A DNA stretch of 64,000 nucleotides from Paraspadella gotoi (lineage: Eukaryota; Animalia; Chaetognatha): NCBI GenBank assembly GCA_051294375.1, contig CM119271.1:4014434-4078433 (forward strand), given 5' to 3'. The notes beneath the pieces were generated by a model. That model did no database searches. It saw only the letters and a list, made by a program, of their open reading frames with translations, and was not told the origin of the DNA. Each line of letters begins with the position of its first letter. Position 1 is the first letter of the stretch. Both the position numbers and the translations under genes were made by a program. Of the stretch, positions 37,636-51,320 are shown piece by piece.

Positions 37636-37868
37636 GTCAATTGAATGACTAAGCATCGCATCAATGAATGACATCATCGCAATCAATGAATGACTATCAT
37701 CGCATCCAATGGAATGATTTATCACTCGCATCAATGACATGACTATTCATCGCATCCATATTTGGTTTCATCGCATTCATCCTTTCGGTTATATCGCATC
37801 AATTATTTGGTTATCATCGCCATCAATATTTGATTATCATCGCTATCAATATTTGTGTGTATCATCAA
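37636..37868. repeat. ~22-bp minisatellite (CATCGCATCAATGAATGACTAT-like), ~10 degenerate copies
   Basis: Recurring CATCGCATCAAT core. Confidence 0.8.
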
Positions 37869-40139
37869 AATTAGCGCTCGATCCCTATTCGCTTTTAAGT
37901 ATTTATTGAACGCGTTTTGTCACTATCACATTAACAATATTAATTGTCTCTTCAAGAGATAAGATAAAGAGTTACTAACAAGGGACAAACGACGCTAGAA
38001 CGCGAGATCAACGGCGTGTAAAGTTTCAAAAACATTTCATACAGAACGCGTTCTAAAAGTAAAAAACGGTATAAAGCCATGTTGAAAATATGATTTATCT
38101 GGCCCGGATCGGCGCGATGATCAATGCTTATTTTTATTGATGTCCTCATTGGATAAATCTTACCATTTCAAATACAGACCGAACGCGCTTAAAAGCTTTA
38201 GCGTAGCGGACAAAACTTGATATCCCTTTTATTTGCCTAAATTTATATAAACTCTCTTATAATTTACCTCCGCGCTCTACCTGAAACAGATAGTAAAACA
38301 AATACAGTTTTCTTTCGATGGGTCTTAGCAACAAAAAAAAATTGAAGGCTTGACTATCCAGTCTTCACATAAAAAAAGTTCATTTGATTGCTATCAAGCA
38401 TTCAAGATTGCAAGAATTTAAACTTTTCTTTTTTTATCTAGTAGCAGAGACAATAAGCTATCCGAACCGTATGCTGATATGTATGATTTGTTCTATTTTA
38501 CAAAAGATCAAGCAGGTTTTTTTGGGGGAAAGGGATAAAAAAACGGGTTGACCATTCATTTAAAATACCATTTTTGAGCATGATAAAATTGGGAATTTCG
38601 ATCGCGCTCTACCTCCGTTATGCTCCCAAGACGCCAAGCTTTCGAAATCTAACCATGAATAATTTATAGGCCTTGACTATGCGTGTCTCTCAGAAGTGAA
38701 ATATAAGGAACTGATCGGAACTTCGATTCGACCATGCGCAGCCCTAACGAGAATCTCTGTTAAATAAAACAACTAACATTTTTTCTTAATAGAGAATTCG
38801 TTCAAATTCTGACTACCCCAAATTGCAAAACGCGGTTTGCCAGAAATTGAGTTAAAAAACACTTTGTAAAAAAAAACGCACGATTCCGAGAGCGTTACAT
38901 CTGAAGAGCTTGTCCTATTCGTTTATGGCATTTGATGAAAGGGCATTTAATAATCAAACAGCCATGGAAATGCACTACCTTATCTCCGGAGAATTTCAAA
39001 CCTCATTTTTTACTATAGAAAATGAAAGGGAAAGTTTTACACAACTTAAAATTTGCAATAAATCGGGATTGCTTATATGTTCCTGTTACACCGTAGCGCA
39101 CTTCGAATTTTTTCGCGATTCTGATAGCTTTTGTGCTGATAGAGCTTGTCCTATTTTTCTTTTTTTCATTTTATTAATGATTTTGACATAAAATTGGATC
39201 AGGTTTAATATGATAATAGTCCGGTTGAATCGCGAAATTTTTATTTAAAAAGAAATTAAAAGGAAGGTTGAGGAAAAAAATGATTTTTCTTAATATCTTT
39301 TAAGAAAGAGTAAAGCGATGGCAATAGTTACCAAAATGAAGCCATAATCATTAGGGCACATACAAAATACAATTTTAGAATTACTTTGCTGAAACCTTCC
39401 TTACAGCGAGTGAGTGTCAAACTCAGTCAAAATTATAATGAATTTAAACTATGACACCCATAGCAATAAATAAAAAATTTTAATTATTTTTTAATGATTC
39501 TTGAATAGAAAAAAGGCTAAAATTGTACTTTATGTAAAAACTTTAAAGTTTTTTGTTGAGAAAGAAAATGTGAATTTTTTGCCACTAAATATTTGCTGTC
39601 TGATTTTACAAGCATGCTTACAAAATTCTACAAAAATATTATTTACCCCATCACAGGCCCAGTATTTATCCTTCTTTTCCACCAGCAAAAGTAAACTTAT
39701 CTTATTGAAGAGAACAGGGATGTTTACTAAAGGAGCCGGAAGCCATTCAACTTCTTCACTTTTGATTTGTTATTTTTTAATAATAAATAAGCAATTTTTT
39801 TAAATTATTTAACTCTCACAGGCTCAAGAATACCACTTCATAATATCCCAAATGTTAATGTAATTATTATATTTTTTACCCAGAAGAAATTATAAAATAA
39901 CAGAGACGGTTGTGGTTCCTTCGCTTGTTTAAGAAAAAAAATTAACTAGCGGAATTATAAGTTTGTAAGGAGGAGTCAGAATCGGCGAAATTCTTAAAAG
40001 GCGAAATGGTTGAAAAAAAGGGTGGAATTTTGATGGGTTTCCTAAGATTTCTCCACAATGTGAGCTCCATTAAAGCGAACTTGAGATTTTACAATATTCC
40101 GTCATTCCAATCTATCGATTATAAAAATATAAGAAAAAA

Positions 40140-40900
40140 GGTCACTGGCTTCTTTTTCTATTATATAGCATATTAGCATACTGCGAAAATTAAAAACAAA
40201 AATTTAATTTTTTTCTACAATTAATGTCATGATAGTATGTTGTTTCATTAATGACTTTCGAATTTTTCGTATGGTAAACTTTCAACTACGCCTTAACCGT
40301 CCAGCTCATTTGAGCTTCTATCTTATCTCTTATATTTCATCGCTTTCTTCTCTTTAACTGTAACTACCTAACAAATGTAATTTTCTTATTTTCACATTTC
40401 AAATTTCTAGTATTAATTAATTATTATTTAGCTAATTGTATTTCCCATTTTAAAAACTTATATCTTTGTGGTACAGTTACACAAATGCTTAACATTATTT
40501 ACCTCTCTCGCCTCTCTCTCACTTTCTCCGTTGACATTTCACTTTCTTTTTCAGAAAACTCACTCATCTGTCCCTCTCGCTTCACCTGTCCTTCACCTCT
40601 CACCCACTATTCTGTCTCACCACTTTGTTGGAAACTTTAACTTCTGTCTTCTCTCTCTCTCTCTCTCTCTCCACATTTACTTCTGCAAAAAGTTTTTTCA
40701 TAGCGCAAACAGCTGATGAAGGCGCTCGACAAGATTGAAACATGTGTTATTATTGTTTAAATAAAAATTGTTGTGTAATACCACGAACTCTAAACTTCTG
40801 TTTTCGCATTAAAATAGCTACTCTCATTAAAATTAAAAAATAAATTTACCAAAGTACTTTTTATTTTTATGTTCTATATGCGAAATTTTAATTTTATAAA
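40140..40900 (+). mobile_element. 5'-truncated Penelope-like retroelement 3' end (pLTR with hammerhead)
   Basis: 40140-40310 gives degraded peptides loosely resembling a PLE C-terminus; then a pyrimidine-rich UTR, a hammerhead at ~40706-40752 and AATAAA. Inverted copy at ~58960-59685. Confidence 0.5.
40706..40752 (+). ncRNA. Minimal type-I hammerhead ribozyme
   Basis: AAACAG-CTGATGA-AGGCGCTCGACAAGATT-GAAA-CATGTGTT; consensus with the inverted copy gives AACA-CUGAUGA-stem II-GAAACAUGUC-UGUU with palindromic ACATGT stem III and a GUC triplet. Confidence 0.6.
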
Positions 40901-41544
40901 AATTTTATATTATCACATCAGCTCTACACTCTTACACCATTAAATTTCATTTATCCTTAATTGTAAAAAGATTAGCTAAACAAATAGCATCGTACATTTT
41001 TCTCCCCTATTCCCCCCCTCCCTTCCGAGAATTGGAAGGCGTTTATGGAAAACCCTCGATGGTCAATTATGCCCATTCCACATAGACTGGGCGAAGCAAC
41101 GGCTACGTTCACATCGCATCAAAAACACCAGGCCGCTTGCTGGATCGTGGCTGGGTTATCTACTGTCAACGGTGAGGTTGTCGTCTTCGTTGTTGTTGTT
41201 TCCTGGTGGGTATCGTTCATCTGGCAGATTTCACTATCGTTTTATATTTGAAGTGTTCTACGAAAACTTTTGCAAGAAAAACTGAATCTCGTGATTCTTC
41301 AATATGGAATGGTGTCGCAGGAATTTATCAGGAACGAGGTTTTAGGATCGGGGGGGATTGGGGAATTTAGTCTCCAACAAATAATAACTAAATAACAATA
41401 TAAGGCGCTACAGTCAAGCAATGGACAATAAGGGACATATCAGGACAACGAGGACAACTCGGTGAAATCCTACAGATTGGTTGATAGAGCAGACGAGATG
41501 AGCTTCTCGAAGTTATTTTAGGCTGTGGGCAATGATTATGCTAC

Positions 41545-42290
41545 TTTTTAGAAGGGATCTGCTTTTCGGCAGATCCGACTCTATAATCACTGTTGTCGGT
41601 CCGTCGGTCTGCCCCCTCAATCTTGGTCTGGCATTCACTTATATCATGAGCTGCATACGACCCTAGTCCTGCTGCTGGAAGCCGCCGCGGAATCTATTGG
41701 CATCAGCTTGAACTACATACGCTAGGTTCAAACGCGACCAGCGGCGGCGTATCCCCAGAACATCGGAATTATGATAAATTATGCAAAAAAATGTCCCATC
41801 CGTCACCCGTCCGTTCGAACCGATTCCCGTCCTATCTTAGCATAAAAACTTCCAATACTCGTGATTTTGATGAGATAGATTGAAATGAAATTTTTTTGTT
41901 GTGATAGGGAAGTATGTGATTGGCAGGCTGGATTGAAGTCTTCGATGAATCGTCCGGTTAGAAATGAGTTTAAATGTCTGATTGCCAAGAATGTAAAGAA
42001 ATGCGGGATGTGCAGTTCCTTTTTCTGCATGAAGGGTAAAGATGATGGCCAGAATAGCTTAAAGTGACTTATTTACGTTGAATATTAAATAAAATTGTCT
42101 TGGAAAAAAAAAGGTCTGTACTATTGCTAAGAAGTTAGATGCGGATGTGTTGTGTGGATATATTGAGAGTCTCAAATGTCGGATATATTTTATACTCGTA
42201 ATATGTGAGGTGACTCATACCTTGAACCGAAAGTGATGACGTCATAGAACCGGAATGCACATCCGCATTCTTGACATTCTTTAGCTCCAA
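41545..42290 (+). mobile_element. HINE/DINE-1-like element (same family as 19028)
   Basis: TTTTTAGAAGGGATCTGC...GCAGATCCGACTCTATAA followed by GTCGGTCCGTCGGTCTG; downstream GAAATGAGTTTAAAT and ATGCGGATGTG repeats. Confidence 0.55.
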
Positions 42291-45047
42291 TAGAAAAGAC
42301 CTTTATATTACTCTCTTTCAAGTTCTTGGCTTTTATTGTTTTTTCTTTCTTTTCCTCCCTTCTTCTGGTTCTATGCCTATTTCTCGGAATTCGGGTTTCC
42401 AAAGAGAAAAAGAAAAAATTTTCTTCATTTTATATTTTTCCCATTTTTTTATCATCTTCTTTTCTCTTCTCGCGCATAAATTTCTACATGGTAGTCTGTA
42501 TTTCCCTATTGGTAAAAAAATCATTTACGTTAATAACGGTTGGTCCCTCTAAAAAATTATCCATTCCCACCCCTTTTTCTGTTCAGCCTCTTAGATATTA
42601 TGATTTTTCGCATAAGACTTTCTAACAACAATGCTCGTGTGATATTTAATTAGAAAACTAGACATAGTAATCTAACCTTAGACTGGGTTGTGTTGTATAG
42701 ATGTCCCTCTGATTTCCAGAAGACAACAACTGACTTTCCCCTTCCCAAATTAATTATTAGTAGCGGTAGCCGACCAAATTCAAATTTTAATGGGAACAGC
42801 ATAAAACTAATCCATTATTGGTATTAATTATTGTGTTAAATATTTTTTTGCAAAAATGTTCCGAACCATGAGTAATTCGCTAATTAATATTATTATATCG
42901 CTATATAATGTCACAAATTTTTTTTGATATTTTAAGTTTTTTAATTGATTCTGATAGAGCTTAAAAAGTTAAGCAAAAAATATAATTACAACTTTTTTAA
43001 AATTTTGATGTTTTATTACTAAAATTAGTAAAACTGCTAAAATCATCGGATGATGATGAATGATGATGATTTTTTAAGATTTTCTCAATTTTAACCCACT
43101 TATCATCAAATATTGAAAAAAGAATTATACTTTGTGCAGATAACTTTTCAAGCTATCTGAATCTGCTTTTAAAAATAAAAAAAATTCAAAAAAATTTTTG
43201 ACATTTTCTATCTATAAATAAATATTACAAAATTAATTACTAATGCTTCTTGCCATTTTAGAAATTTTGCTCCATTGAAAGTTTTCTCAGAAATGTATGA
43301 AGTTTCATTTGGAAAGGTTCCCAAATCAAACTTCTGACCCACCCCTTGACGAAGTTTGGCCTCACAAGATAAATAAAAACATTTTTTAAGGAAAAAAAAG
43401 GCAATATATGTTTGAATAAATAATATAGATTAATACTAATCCTTCATAAAAATATTAAAATAGAAAAAATTGAAAATAGTTGAACACAAGTAATTTGCAA
43501 ATTTTTCATATATATTTTTAAATATTGTATTATTATAGTATAAAATTATTATTGAAATCCCTTTCGCAAGTTATCTCAGTGCTACATCTCTCTGAGCGGG
43601 CGCCCTTTCTCTGCACCGCAGCCGAGCGGGGCTGCGGCAAAAAAGCCAAAACGTGTAATCGAGTTAAAAATGTGATAAGAGACGGGAGGGGGGGGAGAGT
43701 TCGAAAGAGTTGGGTTGACGTTAATGTCGGCATTAAAGGGAAGATCGAGTATAAACTTTATCATACTCATCACACGGTTAAGTGACTTTGTTGAGAAAGC
43801 TGTGTAAAACGCCTTGGACGACTAAAAAGGGTTTAATAGAAAAAAGTTTCGCTCTTCGGGCCGCGGGCTGCTAAGCGCGGGATCCGAAAAGTTTCGAAAG
43901 TTCGCCGGCGGCCGCCAGGTTTTCCGGATGCCGGATTCCCCGGGCTTGAGCCTCTGCAGACGTGGGCGCCTTTGGGTCCGACGGTCGAACCGTAAATCTT
44001 CAATCATTATTTTCAAATTACTTTCTTTAGTTTTTCTTCTCATTTTTTGTTTGTATTGCCTTTTTTTAATTGAATTCAATTTTTTAAAAATTTTTCTTTC
44101 TTTCTTTCTTTCTTTCTTCTCTCTTTTTCTTTCTTTCTTTCTTTACTTTATCTTTTCTTCTCTATCTTTTCGTGTCTTTATTTTCTTTCTTTCTTTTCTT
44201 TTTTCTTCTTATTTCTTTTTTATTTCTCTCTTTATTTGTCTTGATTTTCTTTTCTGTTTTCTTTTCTTTCATTTCTTCTGTCCTATTCTCATTGCGTTTT
44301 TTATTCTTTCTTTCCATTTCTTGCGTTTCGTTCTTTCTCTCCTTCTCTCTCTTCTCCTTTTTTCTTTCGCTCTCTATCATTCCTTCTTTTGACAGTTTCC
44401 ATTATGATTTTGATGAAAGGTTGAATGAGAAGAGAGAGAGAATCGGTTCCGCCGCAACGCGGCGCGAAAATTTGAATTTTTCAAGAAAGACGAATCATCG
44501 TGGGGAAATGGATATGGCGGCGGTGCTGTGCGGAGACGCGGCGGCGGGAGGCTGCGGCTGCTACGGGCGGGGGCTGAAAGATCAAAAGAGACGAGGGCGC
44601 GAGGCTGACGAGAGCGATTCGGGGGTTTGCAATGTATGAAATAATAAATAACTTGTTTATTATTAAATATTTTACTATAGTATTGAATTAAATTTATAGG
44701 TTTATTTCACATATAAAATAATAATATATTGGAGAGAGACGTTTAGTTTTCTAATAAGAGATATTAAACCGTCCATTTTGTTTAGAAAGTCATTTATTTA
44801 CAAATCAAAATATGTGAGGATTTTTGGAGTTACTATTGTTACTATTTTCATTTTATGATTGTATTTTGTTAATTTGTTTAGCGTATTTACGCAATTCCTG
44901 AACCGTAGTCTTTCTGTTTTCAACCGACCAGTGGGGCGCTTTAAAGTGTATATCGCTTCACTTCAGATTCAAGGGATTGGGGGTGAGAAAATTTCAGCAT
45001 TTAAGCTAATTCTCTAGGAAATAGTCATGAATTGAAAATGTAAAAAA

Positions 45048-45081
45048 AATGATGATGATGATGATGATAATAAATAATTTT

Positions 45082-45119
<38 letters not shown>

Positions 45120-45160
45120 ATGATAATGATGACGATAACGACGATCATAACGACAACAAT
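45048..45160. repeat. (ATG)n microsatellite (mirror at ~54850-54965)
   Basis: Direct trinucleotide run. Confidence 0.9.
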
Positions 45161-46445
45161 AAAGTTCTCGAAACAAAGAAAAAAATTGCCAAAAACCTAC
45201 AAATAGTTAAAATGAAGGGAAAAAAGGATTTTTTCAAGTTTTTTCTTTGTTTTTTTCTTTCTTTTCCTCCTTCTTCTGGTTTTATGGCTATTTCCTCCGA
45301 ATTCGGTTTCCAAAGAGAAAAAGAAGGATTTGCGCTTTTTTTTCACTCAGACGACGGAGAGAAAAATTTATTAAACCATTTAAATATTTTTTTTATGAAA
45401 TTAGAAAATATTTTTGGTTTTTATTTTTTATATCCGTGAGTATTACATCAGTAGAGAAAACATGGTTAAACTCGAAAAGTAATAAAAAAGAACCGGAAAT
45501 CGATATAAATAAAAAGTATAGTAAATAAAAAGATAAAAATGAAGGAAGCATTTTTTTGGACAACGCATTTTCTTTTACATGGAACTCTGGTATTTTTTGC
45601 CATACATAAATGAGACACAGCTTATATGAATCGCAAAAGGCTAAAGTTTCTTGATATCTAAATTTTATTTTTCCGAATTCTTACATTAAATGCCGAAAAA
45701 TACTGGAAAGTAACCGCGACACTTTTTTTTTCCATCATGGTATATGGAGGCCTCAACCCAGCATAGCCCGTCCAAGTCAGTGACAAGAAGGTTTATATTG
45801 TTAAATGAATGAATGATTTTTATATTAGTTTTACTAATTTCTAGCTTTAAATTCCAGTTGACTAATTGGCAGATAAAGCTTAAAAGAATAACTGCTCCGA
45901 GTACAATGACCATAATCTCAAGTAAAAAGAAAGTAATTTTTGTTTACAATATTTTAAAACATGATAATTATTCCTTAAATAATTTCTGTAATTCCGGCCG
46001 TCTTCTGCCCCATCTCTCGCTGCGACTCGTCTATCTGAAAAGATGTCTCTGTTTATTGTCTTACCGGATTTTTTACAGCTTTTTTTTTACTGCTTTTTTA
46101 CTGCTTTTTACGTCTCTCTTCACTCTCAAGCTCGGCTTTCTTTCATCCTCTTTATGCTCTCTTCATTTTATTTTCCTTCATATTATATTTTCCCATTTTT
46201 TATCATCTTCGTTTTCTCTTCTTCGCCGCCGAGAAAGAGAGGAGAGAGAGAGAGAGAGGGAGAGAGAGAGAGAAGAGAGAGAGAGGAGAAGAAGAGAGAG
46301 AGAGAGAGAGAGAGAGAGATCTTACCGATTGCATCATTTTCTCCAGGCGAAACTCTCGGTATTGATATTTATGGTTCTTTCATTCCGAAATTGAAAGAAG
46401 TGCGAATGAGATTGGAGAGAGAGGAAGAGGAGAGAAGGAGAGAAG

Positions 46446-46487
<42 letters not shown>

Positions 46488-46504
46488 TGGAGAGAGAGAG
46501 AGAG

Positions 46505-46529
46505 NNNNNNNNNNNNNNNNNNNNNNNNN
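46505..46529. other. Assembly gap (25 N) inside an (AG)n tract
   Basis: 25 N flanked by GA repeats. Confidence 0.95.
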
Positions 46530-47201
46530 AGCAGAGAGAGTAGAAAAGAGACGAAAGAGAAGGAGTGGAGAGAGAGAGAGAGAGACGAGGGAGAGAGGAG
46601 AGAGAGGAGGAGCAGAGAGAAGAGGAGAGGAGAGAGTTAAAACTAAAATTAATTTACGTTGCCAAATCTGAACGTCCATGAAATTATACATTCCTTTTAG
46701 TGAGAGTCGCAAAGACACAAAGAATATATCATCGGACGATGATTCGAGGTCGGGCATCATTTCAGCGCCGAAGACGAGACGGACTCACAGTGAATGTGAA
46801 GGGAACGAAGAACCAAAAGTCATTCGCTCTTCGCGTCTCATTAAGTTCAAATTATGAATGGAAACAAAGAAACGATCACAATCACAAAGACTCTGGACAC
46901 ACATTCTTTTCGTATGATTTTATTTCAGAAATACCAAAAGCTGTCTAAAGTCAGAGCCAAGACAGCTTATTTATTGAATGATAAATCTTAAGACTTGTTT
47001 TTTATTAATATTAACTTACAGATACAGATGCATACAAACTATATACATTAACAGCAAAATAAGCAACAAATAAGCTATTTAAGTAATCAAAACATTGTGA
47101 TACAAATTTAAATAAAAGGAAATCAAACTGTGTAAACAAACCAATACCGGAGTCACCTTCGTTCCGAAGGAGGAGAGAGGTAGGAGGAGAGACAGAGGAG
47201 A

Positions 47202-47250
<49 letters not shown>

Positions 47251-48305
47251 GTGACTCCTCACGAAAAATTTGTAAGACAGACAACAATGTTAACTAAATC
47301 TTAAACAAAAACAACAAAACTCACCGCTTCGAAATGCATCCAAGATATCCAGTAAAATGTCTTGCAAACTCACTACGGTGATCAACGGCCATTCATTCGC
47401 GGCTCACAATGTCTTCACAAACGAAGATGAATTCGTCGTAAACTGATGACTACTCACGCATCCTTTGTCCACGCGTCCTTCGGCGTCAACCTCAACAACG
47501 ACAACGACAACAACAACAACAACGGCCTCGGAGCGGAAGCCGACCAACTTCATTTTTTTCGTTAAATTTTAATGGGAACAGCAATTAAAACTAATCCATT
47601 CATTGGTATTAATTATTGTATTAAAATATTTTTTTGCAAAAATGTTCTGAACCATGAGTAATTCGCTAAATTAATTTATTATATTGCTATATAATGTCAA
47701 AAAATTTTTGGATATGTGGTTAAGTTTTTTAATTGATTCTTGATAGAGCTAAAAAGTTAAGCAAAAAATATAATTACAACTTTTTTAAAATTTTGATGTT
47801 TTATACTTAAAATTAGTAAAAAACTCTAAAATCATTGAAATGATAAAAAATGATGATGATTTGTTTAAGGTTTTTCAGTTTTTGACCCACTTTATCATAA
47901 AAATATTGAAAAAAAAAAAAAAATGAATTATACTTGTGCTAGACAACTTTTTATAAGCTATCTGAATCTGCTTTTAAAAATACAAAACTTAAAAAAAAAT
48001 TTGCATTTCTATCTATAAATTAAATATTACAAAAATTAATTACTAATGCTTTCTAGCCATTTTAGAAATTTTGGTCATTGAAAGTTTTCTCAGAAATGTA
48101 TGAAGTTTTATTGGAAAGGTTCCCAAATCAAAACTTCTGACCCCACCCCCATTGACAAAGTGTTGTGGTCTACCTCGCTGGAACGACCGGCTCATCCTTC
48201 TCTATTTTTTTTTTCGTTAAATTTTAATGGGGACCGTAAAATTTAATAGTCCTCTCTGTTTGGTTGAAATGTGGTTCGTTGTTCGGTTGGAGGTGGAGGG
48301 GAGAA

Positions 48306-48817
48306 GGGACTGAATTACAAGACCCAATGCGAACTCCCGAATTAACGAGGTCTCGAGTTACTGCCCAATTAACGAAGGACTCTCGAAGTTATATCGAAGG
48401 ACTCCGCATATCGCAGGCTCTCGAAGTTAACGAAGACTCTCGATGTAACGAAGAGGAACTTCCGAATATGATACTCCCGATGAGACTTCAATTCGTAGAT
48501 CCTGAATAAAAGGACTCCGAATTAACGAGGACTCCCGAATTAACGAGCTTCCGAATATCGAAGGACTCCGATTAACGAAGGACTTCGAATTACGAAGGAT
48601 CCATTAAGACCGAATTAGACGTAAGGACCCGATATCGTAGATTCGAACCGAAGACTCTCGAGTTAACGAAGGACTTCCGAATTAACGATAGACTCCCGAA
48701 TTAAGATGGACTCCCGAATTCGAATTCGAAACGATAGACTCCGATTAACGAAGGACTTCCGAATTAAAGGACTCCCGAATTAACGAAGGACTCCCGAATT
48801 AACGATGACGAATAACG
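48306..48817 (+). repeat. 19-bp minisatellite, noisy copy
   Basis: Degenerate GGACTCCCGAATTAACGA(A/T) units. Confidence 0.85.
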
Positions 48818-50764
48818 GGACGCTGGGAGAATTAATAGAATGAGAGGAATTAATGAATTAATGAAGACTTTGGATAGAAAAATGTTTAAAGAACCAAAGA
48901 GAAATGATTCGACAGAGAAAAATTTAAAACAAACTGAAAAAAAAAAAATTCTTACAGAATAAAACTAGTTTGGTAGTTGGAAGTTTAGTAAAAGTACAGT
49001 AACAGTAACAGTAAAGATAGTAACAGTAACAGTAAGAGTAAGGACAGATCGACAACTTGACGAGCAAAGGGAATGCATTCCGTACGAACTGAACCCGTGA
49101 AAGGCCGGATCACAAAATTGATGACTTGAGGAAGAAGGAAATTTTTCTGTCCTCTTCTCTGCACGATTCACTCGCCGAAGTTTTAATTAATGACGAGGCA
49201 ACGAGTCTGAAACAGAGGATATAAACGGACAGAAAGACGGACGGATAGACCAGAAGATGGGATACTGGATAGACAAATGATGAAGAATAAACGTTGATCA
49301 AACTAAATTAAAAGGGTTTTCGACGAGAGAAAAGAGAAGATGGCTTGTCATTAAAGAATGACAATTAACGTTCAAATATAATATATCTAATATTATCTAT
49401 GTTTACATCTATTTTATTTTGCATATTTTGCTGTAATTAATTTTGTATTTGTCATTTTATTTACGCAAGACACAGAGGTTAAAAGTTCTACAAATTGTCT
49501 TTCTTGAAAAAAAAAAAACACAAAAAAAAACCCAAACAAAAAAAAAAAAAAAAAAAAAACAAGTCGGCGAGAAAAGCGCAAACGGCGCCACGTAATGACC
49601 CAAACATCAGTCGTGAAAAACGCAGCTAGCGCATCGGTCATGACATCCGTTTATGACATCGGTTACGACATAAGTAACGAGAGACGCTCTTTACAAAAAA
49701 AACGGTCGAGGCGGAAAAGAGGAAGATGGGGGGGAAAGATGTTGCATCTCATCTCTTGAGAGAGAGAGAGAGTGAGTTAAAACTAAAATTAATTTTACGT
49801 TGGCCAAAGTCTGAACGTCCATGAAATTATCACATTCCCTTTTATGAGAGTCGCAAAGACACAAAGAATATTCACCGGACGATGATTCGAGTCGGGCATC
49901 CATTCACGCGCCGAAGACGAGACGGACTCACAGTGAATGTGAAGGAACGAAGAACAAAGTCATCGCTCTTCGCGTCTCATTAGTTCAAATTATGATGGAA
50001 ACAAAGAAACGACACAATCACAAAGACTTGTGACACATTTCTTTCGTTTGATTTTTATTTCAGAAATACCAAAGCTGTCTAAAGTCAGAGCCAAGACAGC
50101 TTATTTATTGAATGATAATCTTAGATTGTTTTTTATTAATATTAACTTACAGATACAGATGCATACAACTATATACATTAACAGCAAAATAACAACAAAT
50201 AAGCTATTTAAGTAATCAAAACATTGGATTACCAATTTAATAAAGTGAAATCAAACTGTGTCAAACAAAAACAAACCGAGTCACCTTCGTTCCGAGAGAG
50301 AGAGAGAGAGAAGAGAGAGAGGAGAGAGAGAGAGAGAGAGACGAGAGAGAGAGGTGACGCTCCTCACGAAAACATTTGTAGACAGACAACAATGTAACTT
50401 AAATCTTAAACAAAAACAAAAAAACCTCACCGCTTCGAAATGCATCCAAGATATCCAGTATAATCTCTTGGCAACTCACTACGGTGATCAACGGCCATCA
50501 TCGTCGGCATCACAATGTCTCACAAAGAAGATGAATTCGTCGTAAACTGATGACTTCACGCATCCTTTGTCCACGCGTCTTCGGCCGTCAACCTCAACAA
50601 CGACAACGACAACAACAACAACAACGACCTCGGCGGAAACGACCGGCTCATCCTTCTCTATTTTTTTTTTCGTTTAAATTTTAATGGGGACCGTAAAATT
50701 TAATAAGGTCCTCTCTGTTTGGTGAAATTGGTTCGTTGTTCGGTTGGAGGTGGAAGGGAAGAAG

Positions 50765-51098
50765 GGACTGAATTAACAAAGGACTCCCGAATTAACGATG
50801 GACTCCCGAATTAACGATGGTCTCCCGAATTAACGATGGACTCCCGAATTAACGAAGGACTTCCGAATTATCGAAGGACTGCCGAATTAACGAAGGACTC
50901 TCGAGTTAACGAAAGACTCTCGAGTTAACGAAGGACTTCCGAATTAACGATAGACTCCCGAATTAATGATGGACTCCCGAATTAACGATGGACTTCCGAA
51001 TTAACGATAGACTCCCGAATTAACGAAGGACTTCCGAATTGACAATGGACTCCCGAATTAACGAAGGACTCCCGAATTAACGATGGACCGAATTAACG
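50765..51098 (+). repeat. 19-bp minisatellite GGACTCCCGAATTAACGA(T/A), ~17 copies
   Basis: Head-to-tail units with no spacers. Confidence 0.92.
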
Positions 51099-51275
51099 GA
51101 CGCTGGGAGAATTAATAGAATGAGAGGAATTAATAATTAATGAAGACTTTGGATAGAAAAATGTTTAAAGAACCAAAGAGAAATTGATTCGACAAGAGAA
51201 AAATTTAAAACAAACTGAAAAAAAAAAATTCATTACAGAATAAAACTAGTTTGGTAATTGGAAGTTTAGTAAAAG

Positions 51276-51320
51276 TTACAGTAACAGTAACAGTAACAGT
51301 AACAGTAACAGTAACAGTAA
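51276..51320. repeat. (GTAACA)n hexanucleotide repeat (also ~48994-49035)
   Basis: Direct hexamer run. Confidence 0.9.

Noticed and set aside
43928-44639. Phe/Leu/Ser-rich membrane-like ORFs (and ER/LS-repeat ORFs elsewhere, e.g. 53072-53965)
   Set aside because: Translations of (TTTC)n and (AG)n microsatellites.
50765-51098. 19-bp repeats as a CRISPR array
   Set aside because: Units are head-to-tail with no unique spacers, there are no cas genes, and the context is eukaryotic.
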